A stretch of DNA of 64,000 bases, from the NCBI GenBank assembly GCA_022813865.1, contig JALDZX010000006.1, positions 62,001 to 126,000 on the forward strand, in the 5' to 3' direction. This document shows positions 38,201 through 49,731 of this stretch, one piece after another (positions within the stretch are counted from its first letter, which is position 1; the number at the start of each line of letters is the position of its first letter). The stretch is from Xylographa opegraphella (taxonomy: Eukaryota). The notes beneath the pieces were generated by a model. It was not told the origin of the DNA and searched no databases. It saw only the letters and a program-made list of their open reading frames with translations. The translations under genes were made by a program, and so were the position numbers.

Positions 38201-38649
38201 AAGTCGGGTATGACGATCGGAATATGCCGCGGCCTCTGCAAAGCCTGAGTTTTCGGGCTGAAGTCTCCCTGGAGTCCCTTTAGATATAACGAAGGTGGGA
38301 TGGGAAATTCTGCGGTCCCCACAGAGTCGGGCGAGTCGGGGAGATCTTTCAATACCGATTCGATAATTCCCTGCGTGATCACTATGGGCACATGCTTCGG
38401 CGTATTTCTCCTAAATGCTGGGTGCTGCTCAACGGGTGGCGGAGGCGGATCGTTTGTATATAGTATCCTACGATGATGAGGACGCTTGGAAGAAGCTGGT
38501 TGTGAGGCGGACTGCTTGGGAAAGCAGTCGAAAACGAATGGTGGACCGACGTCTATGTCTTGCTTCTGGGCTATACCAGGATGACTTGATCTCTGTTGCA
38601 CGAGGAAATCGGGCACCCGTGCAGGGTCTTGCAGTTCTGTAGAAAGCAT
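35296..38649 (-). CDS. Kelch-repeat + BTB-like regulatory protein (Ral2/Mds3/Pmd1-like)
   Basis: Intronless 1117-aa ORF with Kelch repeats (GDKLYVFGGR, PPPRYFHS, GRYAHCA, VVVGGQD) and a BTB-like ADMEILSISGERIPVNSHVLARRWGPYF..LIHFLYT region. The true start may be a downstream ATG. Confidence 0.88.
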   Translation of the reverse strand: MLSTELQDPARVPDFLVQQRSSHPGIAQKQDIDVGPPFVFDCFPKQSASQPASSKRPHHRRILYTNDPPPPPVEQHPAFRRNTPKHVPIVITQGIIESVLKDLPDSPDSVGTAEFPIPPSLYLKGLQGDFSPKTQALQRPRHIPIVIPDFARPYGPFPPTPSSSECSTPRPLGSSPSGPPSPPLTMSRPPTSASRTSTLDSTVSAPSPSQMYAGRFQPSSSTYLAGMNSSKTSLNNDTAQEAVSQSEQLQVSFRSPDPAIVSAGPTSATTQPSQNVQGTTSLSGLVYNVHRCSGKEPHALVGATTTILGDKLYVFGGRRLSRRRPQLTADLYELDLIHRHWTKLETSGNVPPPRYFHSVCALGDSKLVCYGGMSPASVLSSQPHNPGQQPASVDQQPEVVVMSDIHVYDINTRIWTFISTPDSPQGRYAHCATILSSSATFTSSSAVHSAILHNPSSENPNQGSLRVALDGTGGAEMVVVGGQDSANHYIEQISVFNLRSLKWTATDSLGRSCGAYRSVVASLTGMSVSKIGLGSDSAVSSDDSRRSRDAPDDGSSMLIYSNYNFLDVKLELQVRYPDGTLTEKPMQGQFSPPGLRFPNGGVLDRHFVVSGTYLTSSKQEYALWALDLRTLTWSRIDAGGSVFTQGSWNRGIIWPRRNTFVILGNRKRNLVADYNHRRINFSNVCLVELEAFGLYDNPRHAAPTSSYVSFSSPKLPAPLRLKSSLWSGGGRPHFAGAIELGQMAMGLRELADMEILSISGERIPVNSHVLARRWGPYFVHLLREASNSTPSNSKFGDGTASDAATLRAPTQNPSRNSSITITPSINTSYSTSTLATVQSTTSSTTLNSDSRYPPPASSSDGAKPLHPPTTASLLPFVRPRTLFLPHTSLTIQALIHFLYTSSLPPPSHQLSTPQILCSLLQIARPYHVDGLLEAVVERLHEVMDGRNAAAVFNASAMAAGGGRGTGFDYFGGLNLHNGYESDANGDTDTLANGHESDEFITPRAMRAPLRIDTSFRNGAQRRVPADESEDENSSVDGSTSSVTDGSEYLSTEGSGVSESEEVWSAEGSCVVGLQKRGLRGLMEGRRMRERGRSVGLNTSANGAGTDTAEGRVGLGIV

Positions 38650-39476
38650 TGTGAGCTCGAGCTCTTCCTCGACGTGTATACAGCACTCGTGGGCACAACA
38701 GAAGGGAGGGTGGAAAACCCGGAGGTGGTCTTCCCCAGGTTTAAAGGAAACTCACGGACGGGGTTTAGTAGTCTCAGCCAAAGCTCGACACCTGCTGAAA
38801 GGAATTCAAGACCTTTGCGGACCTTTCCCTTGGTTTGCTGCGTATCCCCCCTACAATTGGAGCAAGGTCGGCTCCAGCTGGCACCGGCTGCAGTTGTTTC
38901 GCTCGGCTCGTTGCATACGGGTCGAGTCGATAGTACCACCCTTGCGCCCCAAGTCGAGCCAGTGCACGGTCACACTGCGTCTCGCGATGCCCACACCGTT
39001 CGCTCCACGGACATTTCAAATGTGACAGTCGAAGCGGGCGACTTTGGCCAGCTCTTAAGGACAGGAGCAAGCGCCTTGCTTCATGCATGCGTGTGAGCGG
39101 TCACAAAACCCTCTGAGTGTGGACATGCGTGACAGGGATGCTTCGTCCGATAGTCTGGAAGGATCGCTACAGGGATCACCAATCGGATCCGGCCGAGTGT
39201 ATGCGGACATTTGACGCCGCAACAAGAAGGCTCCCGAGAAACATTTCGACCCTCATGTGGTGGCTGTCTCGAATACAGAATTCTACAGTGGGCGCTCCGG
39301 TCGGGACATGGGTTCCAGACAAGTCCGTGAGTCCGTTCACCATATCTTGAAGGTGCTGGTGGTCAACGAGAGATGATATTCAGGGGGTCAAATAGCTAAA
39401 ATATCCTATCTAATGCTGGTTCGAGGGCCGAGGTCCTCCGCCAGGTCCGTACGCCAGAGCAACCACCCCATTCCCC

Positions 39477-40429
39477 TCAGACGGCCGCGCTCGTCTGCTC
39501 CTGCGGCAGTGGTGTGAATCTCAGGTATGGCTTCACGACTCTCATGTTGGGGAACAGCTTGTTAGCCTCTTCGCCCTTGACACTCGGGTGGACAATGACA
39601 TCGTCGCCTACGCGCAACGTTAGCATTTGTCACTGTTTCTCTCTCGTCGGCAACACTCGTCGGCAACACTCGTCCTCACCTGGTACCCAGTTAATCGGCG
39701 TGGTCACTCGGTGCTTGTCACCGGTCTGCAACGAGTCCACCACTCGCAAAACCTCTGCAGCGTTGCGTCCTGTCGAAGCAGGATATGACATGATCAGGCG
39801 GATGGTCTTCTTGGGGTCGACAATGAAAACGCTTCGAATCGTGAATGCGATGCCCTTCTGGTCTACGTTTGTGGTGTCTTGGTGGTCCAGCATGTCGTAG
39901 AGGTAGGCGACCTTCCTCTCCTTGTCACCAATGATCGGAAATCGGAGCTTGCTGCCCGAAATCTCGTCAATGTCCTTGATCCATCCTCCATGGCTATCGA
40001 CAGTGTTGGCCGACAGACCAATGAGCTTGACGCCTCGCTTCGCGAACTCGGGCTCGAGTTTGGCAAAAGCACCGAGTTCTAGGAGACGCAACCATGAGTA
40101 TGCCTGTGACTTCCGACCGAAGCAGTCGGAGCTTACCTGTTGTGCACACCGGGGTGTAGTCCTCAGGATGGCTGAACAGCACGACCCATTTGTCGCCGAC
40201 AAACTCGTGGAAGTCTCGACCAATGTCAGCCGTCCGAAACTGTACATTCGGATTTCCGACCTACCTATTGGTCCATTCGTGGTCTCTGCCTGGAAGTTGG
40301 GAGCGACGCTTCCAAGGCGCAGTCTGAATATTGTATCAGCAGTGAAGCGGCGGAAATCTCGTTGGGGATAAAGGTATATGGTGAGGGGGGGGTTGCTTAC
40401 GGGGCGGGGCGTTCTTCGCTATGCGACAT
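39477..40429 (-). CDS. PRX1: 1-Cys peroxiredoxin (Prx6 family), multi-exon
   Basis: LRLGSVAPNF, LFSHPEDYTPVCTT|ELG (peroxidatic Cys), YPASTGRN, TPINW and KPYLRFT. Confidence 0.95.
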
Positions 40430-40987
40430 CGTGGGATTTCGAGAGTGGTTTCAAGAGTAACGTTATACAGCAGGGAGGAAGCAGTTCGGGTGGTAACAAG
40501 ACTACAAAAAATTGGCTTCCCGCAGGATTAAATAGGTACACTACTGGTTACAGCTCTAGTTTGCCCGACTGATGCCCAAAAATTGAACAATCATCTTCGC
40601 CATCCATCAAATTCCATCATTCGAGCGAGCACGCCATTCCACGCTATGCCACACCAGTGCATGCCACACTGCATGAGCCTTAGCCGTCAATGCGTCACGT
40701 GGCGAGAGGTGGAAAATAGAGGAACAATAATAATGTACGGGGTAAAGGTACCTTGAGGTAGGTAGGTAAGGTAGGTAGTCTATCTTAGGTACTTCGTAGT
40801 CTACTACTTTTCTATCAATGATGCTACACTCCTTCCCTCTCCGCCCCGCTTCATGTGGCATCCACAACACGCATCCTGTCATGCAAAGGTGATGCAGCTT
40901 CTCTCCCAGCGAAATCCTGCATTTACTGACGCCGAGCGGAGGGTCGCAATTACGGGGAAAAACTGGTTTTCTTATGAAGCTATAGCG

Positions 40988-42111
40988 TTACAGGTCGGCC
41001 CTTGCTTCCTCCCCTGCCCAGCACCGCCGGATGAGCTCTCGGATCGGGCCTCTCTCGATTTCTCGAGGATTCCAATATGGATTACCGACGGCGATATCCG
41101 CAGCTCTATCAATGTCCGCCTCTTTCATGCCAAAATCCTTGAGGCCCCTTTTCACTTTCAGTTTGGTCAACAGCACATTAAGCCCCTTGATCGCATCTCC
41201 GTCGCTCTCTGGCAGTGCCCGTGCAAGCTGTCTCATGGCCTCTGGTATTGCCGGGGCGTTGTATGAGAGTGCATGTGGGAGCACAATGGTATGTGTCTCT
41301 GCATGAGGCAGGTTGAAGCTGCCTCCCAAGGTGTGGCATAGCTTGTGATGCAAGGCCATGCCAACGCTCCCCAGGCAGGTTGCACACAGCCATGCGCCAT
41401 AAAGTGCGTTGGAGCGGGCGGCTTGTCCTGAAGGGTCTTGTACGATCTCCGGGAGCGCTTCCGCAAGAGCTTTGATGCCTTTCCGGGCGAGCAGGCACAT
41501 GATGGGATTGGTGTTGCGGGCGTATAACGCCTCGACTGTGATGCATTACTCTTGCTTCCTTCTTTCCGTGAGAAAACAATCATACCTGCATGTGCGATTG
41601 CATTGACACCACTGGTTGCACTGAGTGCCGGCGGCAGCGTCATCACCAGATCTACATCATATATGACGGTCCCAGGCAGAATCTTTGGGTCACTCCTGGT
41701 CTTCTTCTGTCCGTCGGCGGTCTCGCCCAAGATGGGCGTCATCTCACTGCCTGCATACGTGGTCGGGATGCAGATATGCGGAAGCCCGGTCCGTATGCTG
41801 ATCGCCTTCCCCAGCCCGATGGTGCTTCCTCCTCCGATCGATATTACCGAGTCCGCCTTCTGCTCCTTCGCATACTCCAATGCTTTGTCCGTGATGTGTG
41901 TGGGGGTGTGCATCGTGGCCTCGCTGAAGAGGCCGGCCACCTTGCCATTGAGAATGGCTTTCAGGCCTTCCGCCTGCTCAATCTGCTGAGGTGTGGAGAG
42001 GAGCAAAGGCGCTTTCAGGTTCAGTCGGGCTACTTCGTCGGGGAGTTTTTGGAGACTGCCGCTGCCGAAGATGACTCGGCCAGGGTTCGCATTGTATTCG
42101 AATGACTGCAT
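40988..42111 (-). CDS. Maleylacetate reductase (iron-containing ADH family), 2 exons
   Basis: RVIFGSG, SIGGGSTIGLGKA, IPTTYAGSEMT, SGVNAIAHA|VEALY and MALHHKLCHTLGGSFNLPHAETH. Confidence 0.92.
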
Positions 42112-42461
42112 TGTTAGTGAGATGTTATTGATATGGTACGAGAACGTACACGGTAGGCCCATTTACGGTTGTATCCTTCTTAAATGTGTAGAAATCTGCC
42201 ACGATTCCCCGCGTGGACCCAATGTTCGGCAGAGGGGAGCATTGCGGGGCAGGCGGCGGATTCCTGCGGCAAAAGTCCCTACATGCTATTCTAGATTGGC
42301 TTGAGAAAAAAACCAACTTCAACGGTGATAGGTGTGGTCAAGTCCTGTCTTCGAAGATGATATTAAATTTACGTCTAGATCCTCGCTCTCTGGGTATCTG
42401 TAAGCTTTCCAAGCATATTTCCCAACCACGAAATAGAAGAGCAATATTGTGTGACCGGAGC

Positions 42462-43779
42462 TCAGTCGATGCCTGTGAACTGCATCAAGTCCTTCCCTCC
42501 ACCCCGATCTTTCCCATTCGCCCTCTTCCTCTTCTTTCTCCTCTTCCTCTCTTGCTCCTCCTCCTCCTCACTACTCTCCTCGTCGTCTTCACTATCCTCG
42601 TCACTATCACTTCCCGTACCCCTTTTCGTTCCCACCCTATCCACTCCTTCGTCCTCCTCCTCCTCATCTCCCACCACATCCGCACTCTCTTGCCAGACCT
42701 TCACCAGCGGCCCCCCACCACTCACCATCCTTCCGCCCACCTCGAAGCCCAGACCCACCACACCTTCCACCTCATCGTGCCTTAACTCCCCGACGACCTT
42801 GTTGGCACCCACCCTCACGATCTTCACCCTCCCGTCTCCCATCCCCACCGCCACGCAGCTTCCCTCCCCTACCCCCTCCGGTACCCGTGCCAACACATCC
42901 AAACTTTCCTTCCCACCATCCACTATGATCCTCCCCCCTTGATCATCCCACGCCCCCTTGTCCCACAGCGTGAGCACCCCACTCCCGCCACCCACAAGCA
43001 CTTTATCGCCTCCATTCCGCCCCCTCTTCGATACCAACCCAGTGACATACACACCGCTGAGGAGCTCTTCCTCCTGATCTTCACTCTTGGCCAGCACTCC
43101 CCGGCGCAAATCCGTCACCGCGAGCGTAGTGCCCCCTGTAGTAACCCACTGCTTCGGAAATCCGCTCGTCGAAGCCACCGTCGGCGGCAGCGGCGTCAGC
43201 GACGAAACATAATCGTCATGCGGGCGAAACGTAGCCTGCGGTCTCGACCCGACCGCCACGCCGCTCGACTTCGGGTCCGCGCGCAAATCGTACAGGTACA
43301 GCGCGCCCGAATCCGTCGCCAGCACCAACGTCTGCGGCGAAAGCGCGTGCAGCAAACAGGGCGCGTCAATTTCCGAGCTGCTGCGCCATCAGTCGCCCAT
43401 CCCACTCAAACGGGTCAGCCGCGGAGGAAACCACCCACCGCACCAGCGGGACGCCGATCTTCACCTCCACGCGCCCCGTCTCCGCGCGCGCCGCTTTGAC
43501 TATCCCATCCGTGCCGGCGGAGAAGAGCGCCTCGCCGTCGGAGCTGAAGGCCAGGCTGCGGCAGCTGCCCTTGTGGCGCTTCGTGCGCCAGGAGGTCTCG
43601 ATGGTCCCGCGGCCATGCTTCGGGGACGAGCGCGTGGGGGGCCCGGTGGGGATTGGGGGGAGGCGGTACGTCTGTACGTGCCCGGAAGCGAGGCCGACGG
43701 CGAGGAGGGGGGAGGTGGGGTGGATGGCTTGCGCGAACAGGTCGGAGGGGAGGGGGAGCGTGCAGATCGTGTCGAACAT
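42462..43779 (-). CDS. JIP5: WD40 ribosome biogenesis protein Jip5/WDR55, 2 exons
   Basis: [51 protein letters not shown], and acidic/basic tail ending FTGID. Confidence 0.9.
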
Positions 43780-44571
43780 TTTGGTCCTTTTTCACGCTGT
43801 GGAGGACTTTTTGGATGGGGGAAGGGGGAGCAGGGGCGGGCGCTAGTTCGTTGTGGGATTACGGCGTGTTCGGCGCGTTTGATTGGTGGGGAGTGGACAC
43901 CTACCCAGGCGCTCTGGACTGCTCCTCATGTGTGCCGCGCAGAGGCATATCCGGACATAGAGTCCTTTTCCGAACTCGACAACACTTGCTTTCGAAGCTT
44001 TGCCTCATCGCTCATACCTAGTCGAGTCGGTCTGGCATTGGCACTTTGTGGAAGAACCTCAGCACCGGTCGACCGTCCATCGTGACTGCGACATATGTGT
44101 GGCAAACTTGGGCTTGTGCAGCATGTATAGAGATAAAACCGGCTGCTACGTACTGTAGTAAAATCAGGTGCTGAGAGGGTCTTTGCAGGGAACGTGTATC
44201 CAATTGAGGCCAATCATACCTACACACGACGGAGGCAGAAGTGTTCCACTTCACGAGACATAGCGATATCTTTAGTACTACAGAAGGAGAATTACGGATT
44301 GCTCAGATGCAGCAAACCAGTGCAATGAAAAGGGCTTGATATATTTCTGAAAACCAGACTTCTAGCACTACACCCCCGTACAGAGACAAGATGTCTCCAC
44401 AGCTTCCCAGAAGTTTCCAACGCCCAGCAAGATCAAAACAGCCATGTATGATTCCTCAATACTTCTTCGGAAGTCTGTTGGCAGTAGCACTCCTCCGGAC
44501 ATGCGGATCTCTGGAAGTGGTCGCCAACAGTTGGCAAGAATCTATTATCGCCCGGCCAAATTTACGGTGTA

Positions 44572-47500
44572 CTACTTCCGTCTCGCCTTCTTAGTCGATG
44601 GACCAACTCCTAAGCTTGAGCTATCAGAACTGGAACTGGAACTGGAAGTATAATAAGTGGGTATGTTAGGATGAGCAGTACTTGTACCAGTACTTATACC
44701 AGTACTGGTTTGATGATCTCGTTTTGTGCCCGTCCTCGGGCTGCCAGCTGCCTTCGCAAACTCCTCTGGCAATTTATCTTTGGCTCCCCTGAACTTAAGG
44801 TGTGCATCGTTGTAACCGCATTTCACGTAATGACGAGCTCTGCTCTATATATATATTAGCTTTCATGATGCGGCACGACATCGGCCTTTTGGTGATGGTT
44901 ACCTGATCATTATTCTTAACTGCATTTAGATTCGTACCGCAACGACAGATCCAAACCGTGCCCTTGGCTCTGGGCATTAGGTCACTTTGAGGATCCCTGC
45001 CCTGGGCATCAAGGCCAACTAGACCTCCAACAGGGTTTCCTGAAGGATGTGGTGTAATTCCTATCCCCTGATTCGCCACAACTGGAACAATTGCAGCTGG
45101 AATAGTTGCAGCTGGATTGGCTGCAGTTGGAATAATTGCAGCTGGTACGGCCGCAGCCGGAATGACTGTAGCTGGAATAGTTGTAGCCGCAGTTGGAATG
45201 ATGGTAGCTGGTATGGTCGCAGCTGTATTGGTTGCAGTTGGAACAATTGGAGTTGGAACGAGTGCAGCTGGCTGGGTCGCAGCTGGTTTGGTCGCAGCTG
45301 ATTTAGTTGCAGCTGGTTTTGTGGCAGTTGGTGTGGTGGCATTCGGTTTGGTCGCAGCTGGTTTGGTCGCAGCTGGCTTGGTCGCAGCTGGTCTAGTCGC
45401 ACGTGGTTTGGTGGCAGCTGGCTTAGTCGCACGTGGTTTGGTGGCAGCTGGTTTGGTGGCAGCTGGTTTGGTGGCAGCTGGTTTGGTGGCAGCCGGTTGG
45501 GCAGCAGCAGGATTGCTTCCACTTGGAACGACTGCAGTTGGAGTGCTTGCACTTGATGCTGTTGGAGTAACGGTCGGCAGCCTTGTGTTTTGCCGGCCTA
45601 AATCTTGGGGACCTGTGTTTTGTGGCCCTATGTATTTTATAAGCTTGTGACACTCAATCCATGTTGGGCTTCTAAGGGAGACGTCATACCACTGTTGGCA
45701 TCACCAAGACCAGTAGGGGGTGTCTTGGCCCGTCCTCCTAGTGTGTGCATTAATATGTGATCCATTTGATCCTGATCTTGGTGTTAGCGAATTACCACGA
45801 GATATTCTGCAATTCAACTTACGCTACCGCTCATAAGATCCATATCGGCATGGCAGATGGCGTCGAGCCTGCATTGTGAAGGTTCTGGAGCTTCGGGAGC
45901 TCGTGGCATATGATACTCTCGCACATGTCGTAGTATTGACTATTTATGTTAGCCAGAACAAGGCTTGAGGGACTACCTTTTGCAACATACGCCATATAGG
46001 TCACCTGTGTTTTCTCCAATAACGAGTCTACCACACCGCCCTGTACCATCATTTAAGGTACAGGTACCAACATTCTGAAGAGCTTCATGCTGTATGTTTA
46101 ATGACAAGGTACGTTCCGCCGCCTGATTATTCGCTCTCTCAAAAGTCTGCTGCGCTACATTCAATGTCTGCCGTTGTTGCTCCAGCGCTGCGATCGTTCG
46201 TTCAAGTGTTGCTGTTCTTTCTTCAAGTTGCGTATCTCGTGTTTGAAGCTGTGCTGCCCATTGTGCTAGCAGTTGTTCCCGTCTGTTAAGATCCTGGGCT
46301 CTTTCTGCCAAACCTAGACTTTCGGGTCCACTTAACCGCTGCGTAACCTGAGAACTAATTAAAGGATCTTGCCTATTTTGTATAGGAATTCTTAACCCTA
46401 ACGGACTATTCATCAGTCTTGCTGCATTAAGTGCATCTTCGGCTGCCTGCGCTCTTCGCTTTCGCCGTGTCTCGCGCTCTTCTTCGGATTCCTCGAAACT
46501 CTGCAAAGGATTCTAACCCAGTCAGCTCTCGTTCCACTTGTTTGTCTTACATGACAACTCACCCAGTCTGTGGGATAAACATTAATGGTTGGGTCGTCTA
46601 TCCTCCAAAGGAGATCTATCAGGAAAGCGTGATTGTCCATATTCGAATCCCACATTAGCCATTCCTTTTTATGTCTATCTACCTGCACGCGGGCAGTGTC
46701 AGAGGCGTCCCTACCCATCAGTGCAGTAATTCCTGTACCGAATTGCGCTTTGATACAGCCTGGAGGATCGGGTGTCATGTCATATTGAGCAAAGAAGTAG
46801 TCGGGATCGGGTCTTAGAGTAACTTGCGGCAATGGGAATACCAAGTCGAGTTTGAAGAAATTGGAAGTGTCTCTCCCATCTTGTACCCAAAGTCGGGTCT
46901 AAACAGGAAAAATCAGCATCTCGTTATCAATTGTCATGGCAGAATCCTCACAAATGTCCTTACTACCCAGACCTCCTCTTTGTCGGTTATCGCCATTAAT
47001 CTTGGAAGAATCTCATTTTGGTAGTGGTCCTGTAACGCTCCACCATTTAGGAAAGCGTCTGATAATGATGCAATATCGTTAAAGCCAGTCAGCCTACCCC
47101 CATCACCAGAACTGACTCTGATAAGTCGAAAGCTAAGGTGGTCGTAGCGGCCCTCGGGTGTCATAGGTTGGACTGGATATAGCTTTCTCACATGCTCCAA
47201 TAGTCTCGCTAACTCGAATGGTTGCTCGAACTGCAGCCTTTTAAGTCTGGCGGGACGCACCAGTGTAATGGCACGCGTGGTTTGAAGGGTCGGTTGTGGT
47301 GCGATTGTTGAATTGACTCTATGCGCCAGAAACTGTAAAATTGTTAATAATTGCATGAGGCACGACAAGGTCATCTCTGAAACATTACCTGATGTGTGGT
47401 TACATATTCACGAATACTCTTATCTTTTTCAGTGTTCCGCTGTTTTGGAGGATCATTGGAAGTCTCGTAGCCAAATTGACTGGACCCAGTATTTGGAGCC

Positions 47501-48912
47501 TGGGACATACCCAGGCTTGGCACATAATACGCAGCCCCAGACAACCCGCCTTGTGGTAAAGAGAACATGTAAACTTCTATAGAAGCATTTGACTCCCACA
47601 TTTTCTGTAGAGAGGCAATGCTTAGTGCGTCGACACCCTTCTTCTCTAAGCTGTAGATTTCTTCCGCTGTCATCCATGGGGGCCAAGAGCTGGTGGCATT
47701 GATCTTCTTCGGCAGGAGGTCCAACTCATGAGATCCTGTAGCTCCTTGCTTGAAAAGCAACGCTTTCTTAACCTGATCCAATAGGGGGGTGGCTTTGATA
47801 TCCTGAATTTCTTCAGGTAGAAGATCCAGTTCACTCTCTTTGGACCAGGGTCGCTTTTCACCAATCAAGTATCCTTTCGTATCCTTTGCATCCTTTGTCT
47901 CTTCGAATATTTCTGTCTTAACGATTGGGTTTGGACTCAAAGGAGGTGACGCGTACGAATCAACCCCAATGGCATTTCTCCTGGCGTCGATATCGACGTC
48001 GGTACGGGGAGGCGACGCTAGATTTCCAGGAAACTGCAATGGCATAACGCTCGGCATTTCGTGTGATTTGGACGGTGGTGTCATCTCCTCCAACGCTGTC
48101 TCAAAGCGCTTCACTTCGAACTTCGAACTACTTCTCGGAGAGATTGCTTCATCGGCCATAGAGACTTTCTTGGATCGATGGTCGGCGTCAGCATGGTCCG
48201 AGAATCCGGCCCGGAGTTTATGATCATTTGGATAGAAGTTCACGTGGCCAAATGGACTGATTTTTCTGTCGATTTCCATTTCGCAAGAAACAGCTGGCCC
48301 GTCTTTAGGGTCGGACTTTGCGCCTTGGTGCTTGGATAGTCCGGTAAGTTCCACTTCCAGGGTTGCCAAAGCCTTTTCCGCACTCTCGGAGTATGCCTCG
48401 TGCTGAGCTTCGATGTCTTGCAAGTCTTTCTCGATACCAAGGATTTCAGATCCGTTTTCATCGAGCTCCTCGAAGTGGCCGGAGTCGTTGGAGATATCCA
48501 TTTCTTCGCCACCACCTTCTCCGTCATTTGGCATGGGCTCCATACGTATCGCGACCTTTGTCTTTGTGATTTTGGCGTCGATCACATTGTGCTCGTCGAA
48601 GTATTTTGATCCTTTTTCCAGGATTTCCTTGAGTAGCTCCTCCTCGTCCTCGGAATCAACTCCTCCAGTCTTATTGTCCCGCTTCTTAAAAACGACCGTT
48701 TGTTTCGTTGGAGAGAGCTGTATCTCTGCGACGTCATTATCTTCCATCAGAATGTCGTTGTCATTTTTTTCTGATGCTGTGTCAAGGTCCAGTACGTGCA
48801 TTGGGCTTTCATCAGAATAAAAGAGGCCATCGTCTTCGGCTATATCTAGGTCTTCCTCTCCGCCATAGTCGACCTCCTCCTCGGAGGCATTGGATCCAAT
48901 TGGGTAAGGCAT
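44572..48912 (-). CDS. Orphan ~1315-aa multidomain protein, 8 exons (48912-47389, 47332-46964, 46898-46563, 46512-45991, 45939-45823, 45771-45690, 45627-44903, 44844-44572)
   Basis: Seven GT-AG introns of 50-65 nt, most with a CTRAY-like branch site, join the separate ORF-track fragments into one open frame. Acidic N-terminus, coiled coil, zinc-finger-like motifs, PAATK repeats and KKARRK tail. Confidence 0.75.
45085..45496 (-). repeat. Coding 15-bp tandem repeat, (PAATK)n grading into (PAA/TI)n pentapeptides
   Basis: Unit CCAGCTGCSACCAAA on the minus strand. About 15 near-perfect and about 12 degenerate units, stop-free in the exon-7 frame. Confidence 0.92.
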
Positions 48913-49731
48913 GATGTGCTATATTCAATAGGCCGCAGCCTTGCAGCATCAATATATTCACTGGGCTTTCATATATCTTGGTCTTGGGGAGTGCGAATCA
49001 AAAGCAGAATACTACTAGAGAAAACGAAGCAAATAAAGAGCACGAAGTTCACTGCTTCGCGGCAACTTCGGCCGTTGATAAAGGAGCATGAGAAGGCCAT
49101 GTCGCAGGATAATGGAGACCAACGCGCCGAACATACCAACGGCCGCTTTCGGTTCCTCCTTCATGGTAACAAAGAAAACTTCCAGCTTGCGATACTGCCG
49201 ACTAGAACGATATGTACTGGCTGTTGGCAGTGGAGAACTAATTGGGCAAGTGGAAAATGCCGTTTGCAGGAAAACACACGCAAGACTCGATTGCAACGAA
49301 CAATGCGACGAAAACAGCCTGCGGTAGCCGCCGGTTCGGAGAGACAAAGAAATTCATCATCATACCCACCAGATTGCTCTCTAATCAATCGACCTTGACA
49401 GCTGCGGAGCAGGTAGATGAGTCCATTGCATTCAACGCGTGACAATAGTGTGCGCTTCGCAATAATAGAACATGAAGTTTCGTGGCCGTAAAAACGAGCC
49501 TCGCTTGACTAACTATTGACCCTACCCCTAATCGTGGCTTAGTTCTGCCGCAAGTGGCAGTTAAGGTAAAATTACAGTGGTACTTAACGCCTAATAATCC
49601 AGTACACAGTACAGACTTACGCAGTGGTCTAAGAGTACACCCATAGCGTCAACGCCATACCCTTGCAGAGCTTTTATCCACGCATCCCACCCCTCTGCTC
49701 GTCCATTGATAAAACGACAATCACCGTCAAC

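Noticed and set aside
39643..39673. 13-bp tandem duplication CTCGTCGGCAACA in a PRX1 intron
   Set aside because: Real but a trivial slippage event with no coding effect.
40748..40791. GGTA/AGGT-rich simple repeat between PRX1 and the maleylacetate reductase gene
   Set aside because: A low-complexity motif common in fungal intergenic DNA.
45047..45653. ORF-track proteins with VAAGL, LPPNQ, QTSCH or WNxCS repeats
   Set aside because: These are shadow frames of the 15-bp repeat. Only the PAATK frame connects by canonical splice sites to the flanking exons.
48916..49445. Several 66-160 aa ORFs upstream of the orphan gene
   Set aside because: Overlapping short frames with no motifs, probably promoter or UTR.
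49530..49660. tRNA-like fragment (GCAGTGGTCTAAG, small hairpin CTGCC..GGCAG)
   Set aside because: No T-arm GTTCRA and no acceptor stem, so it cannot be folded into a cloverleaf.
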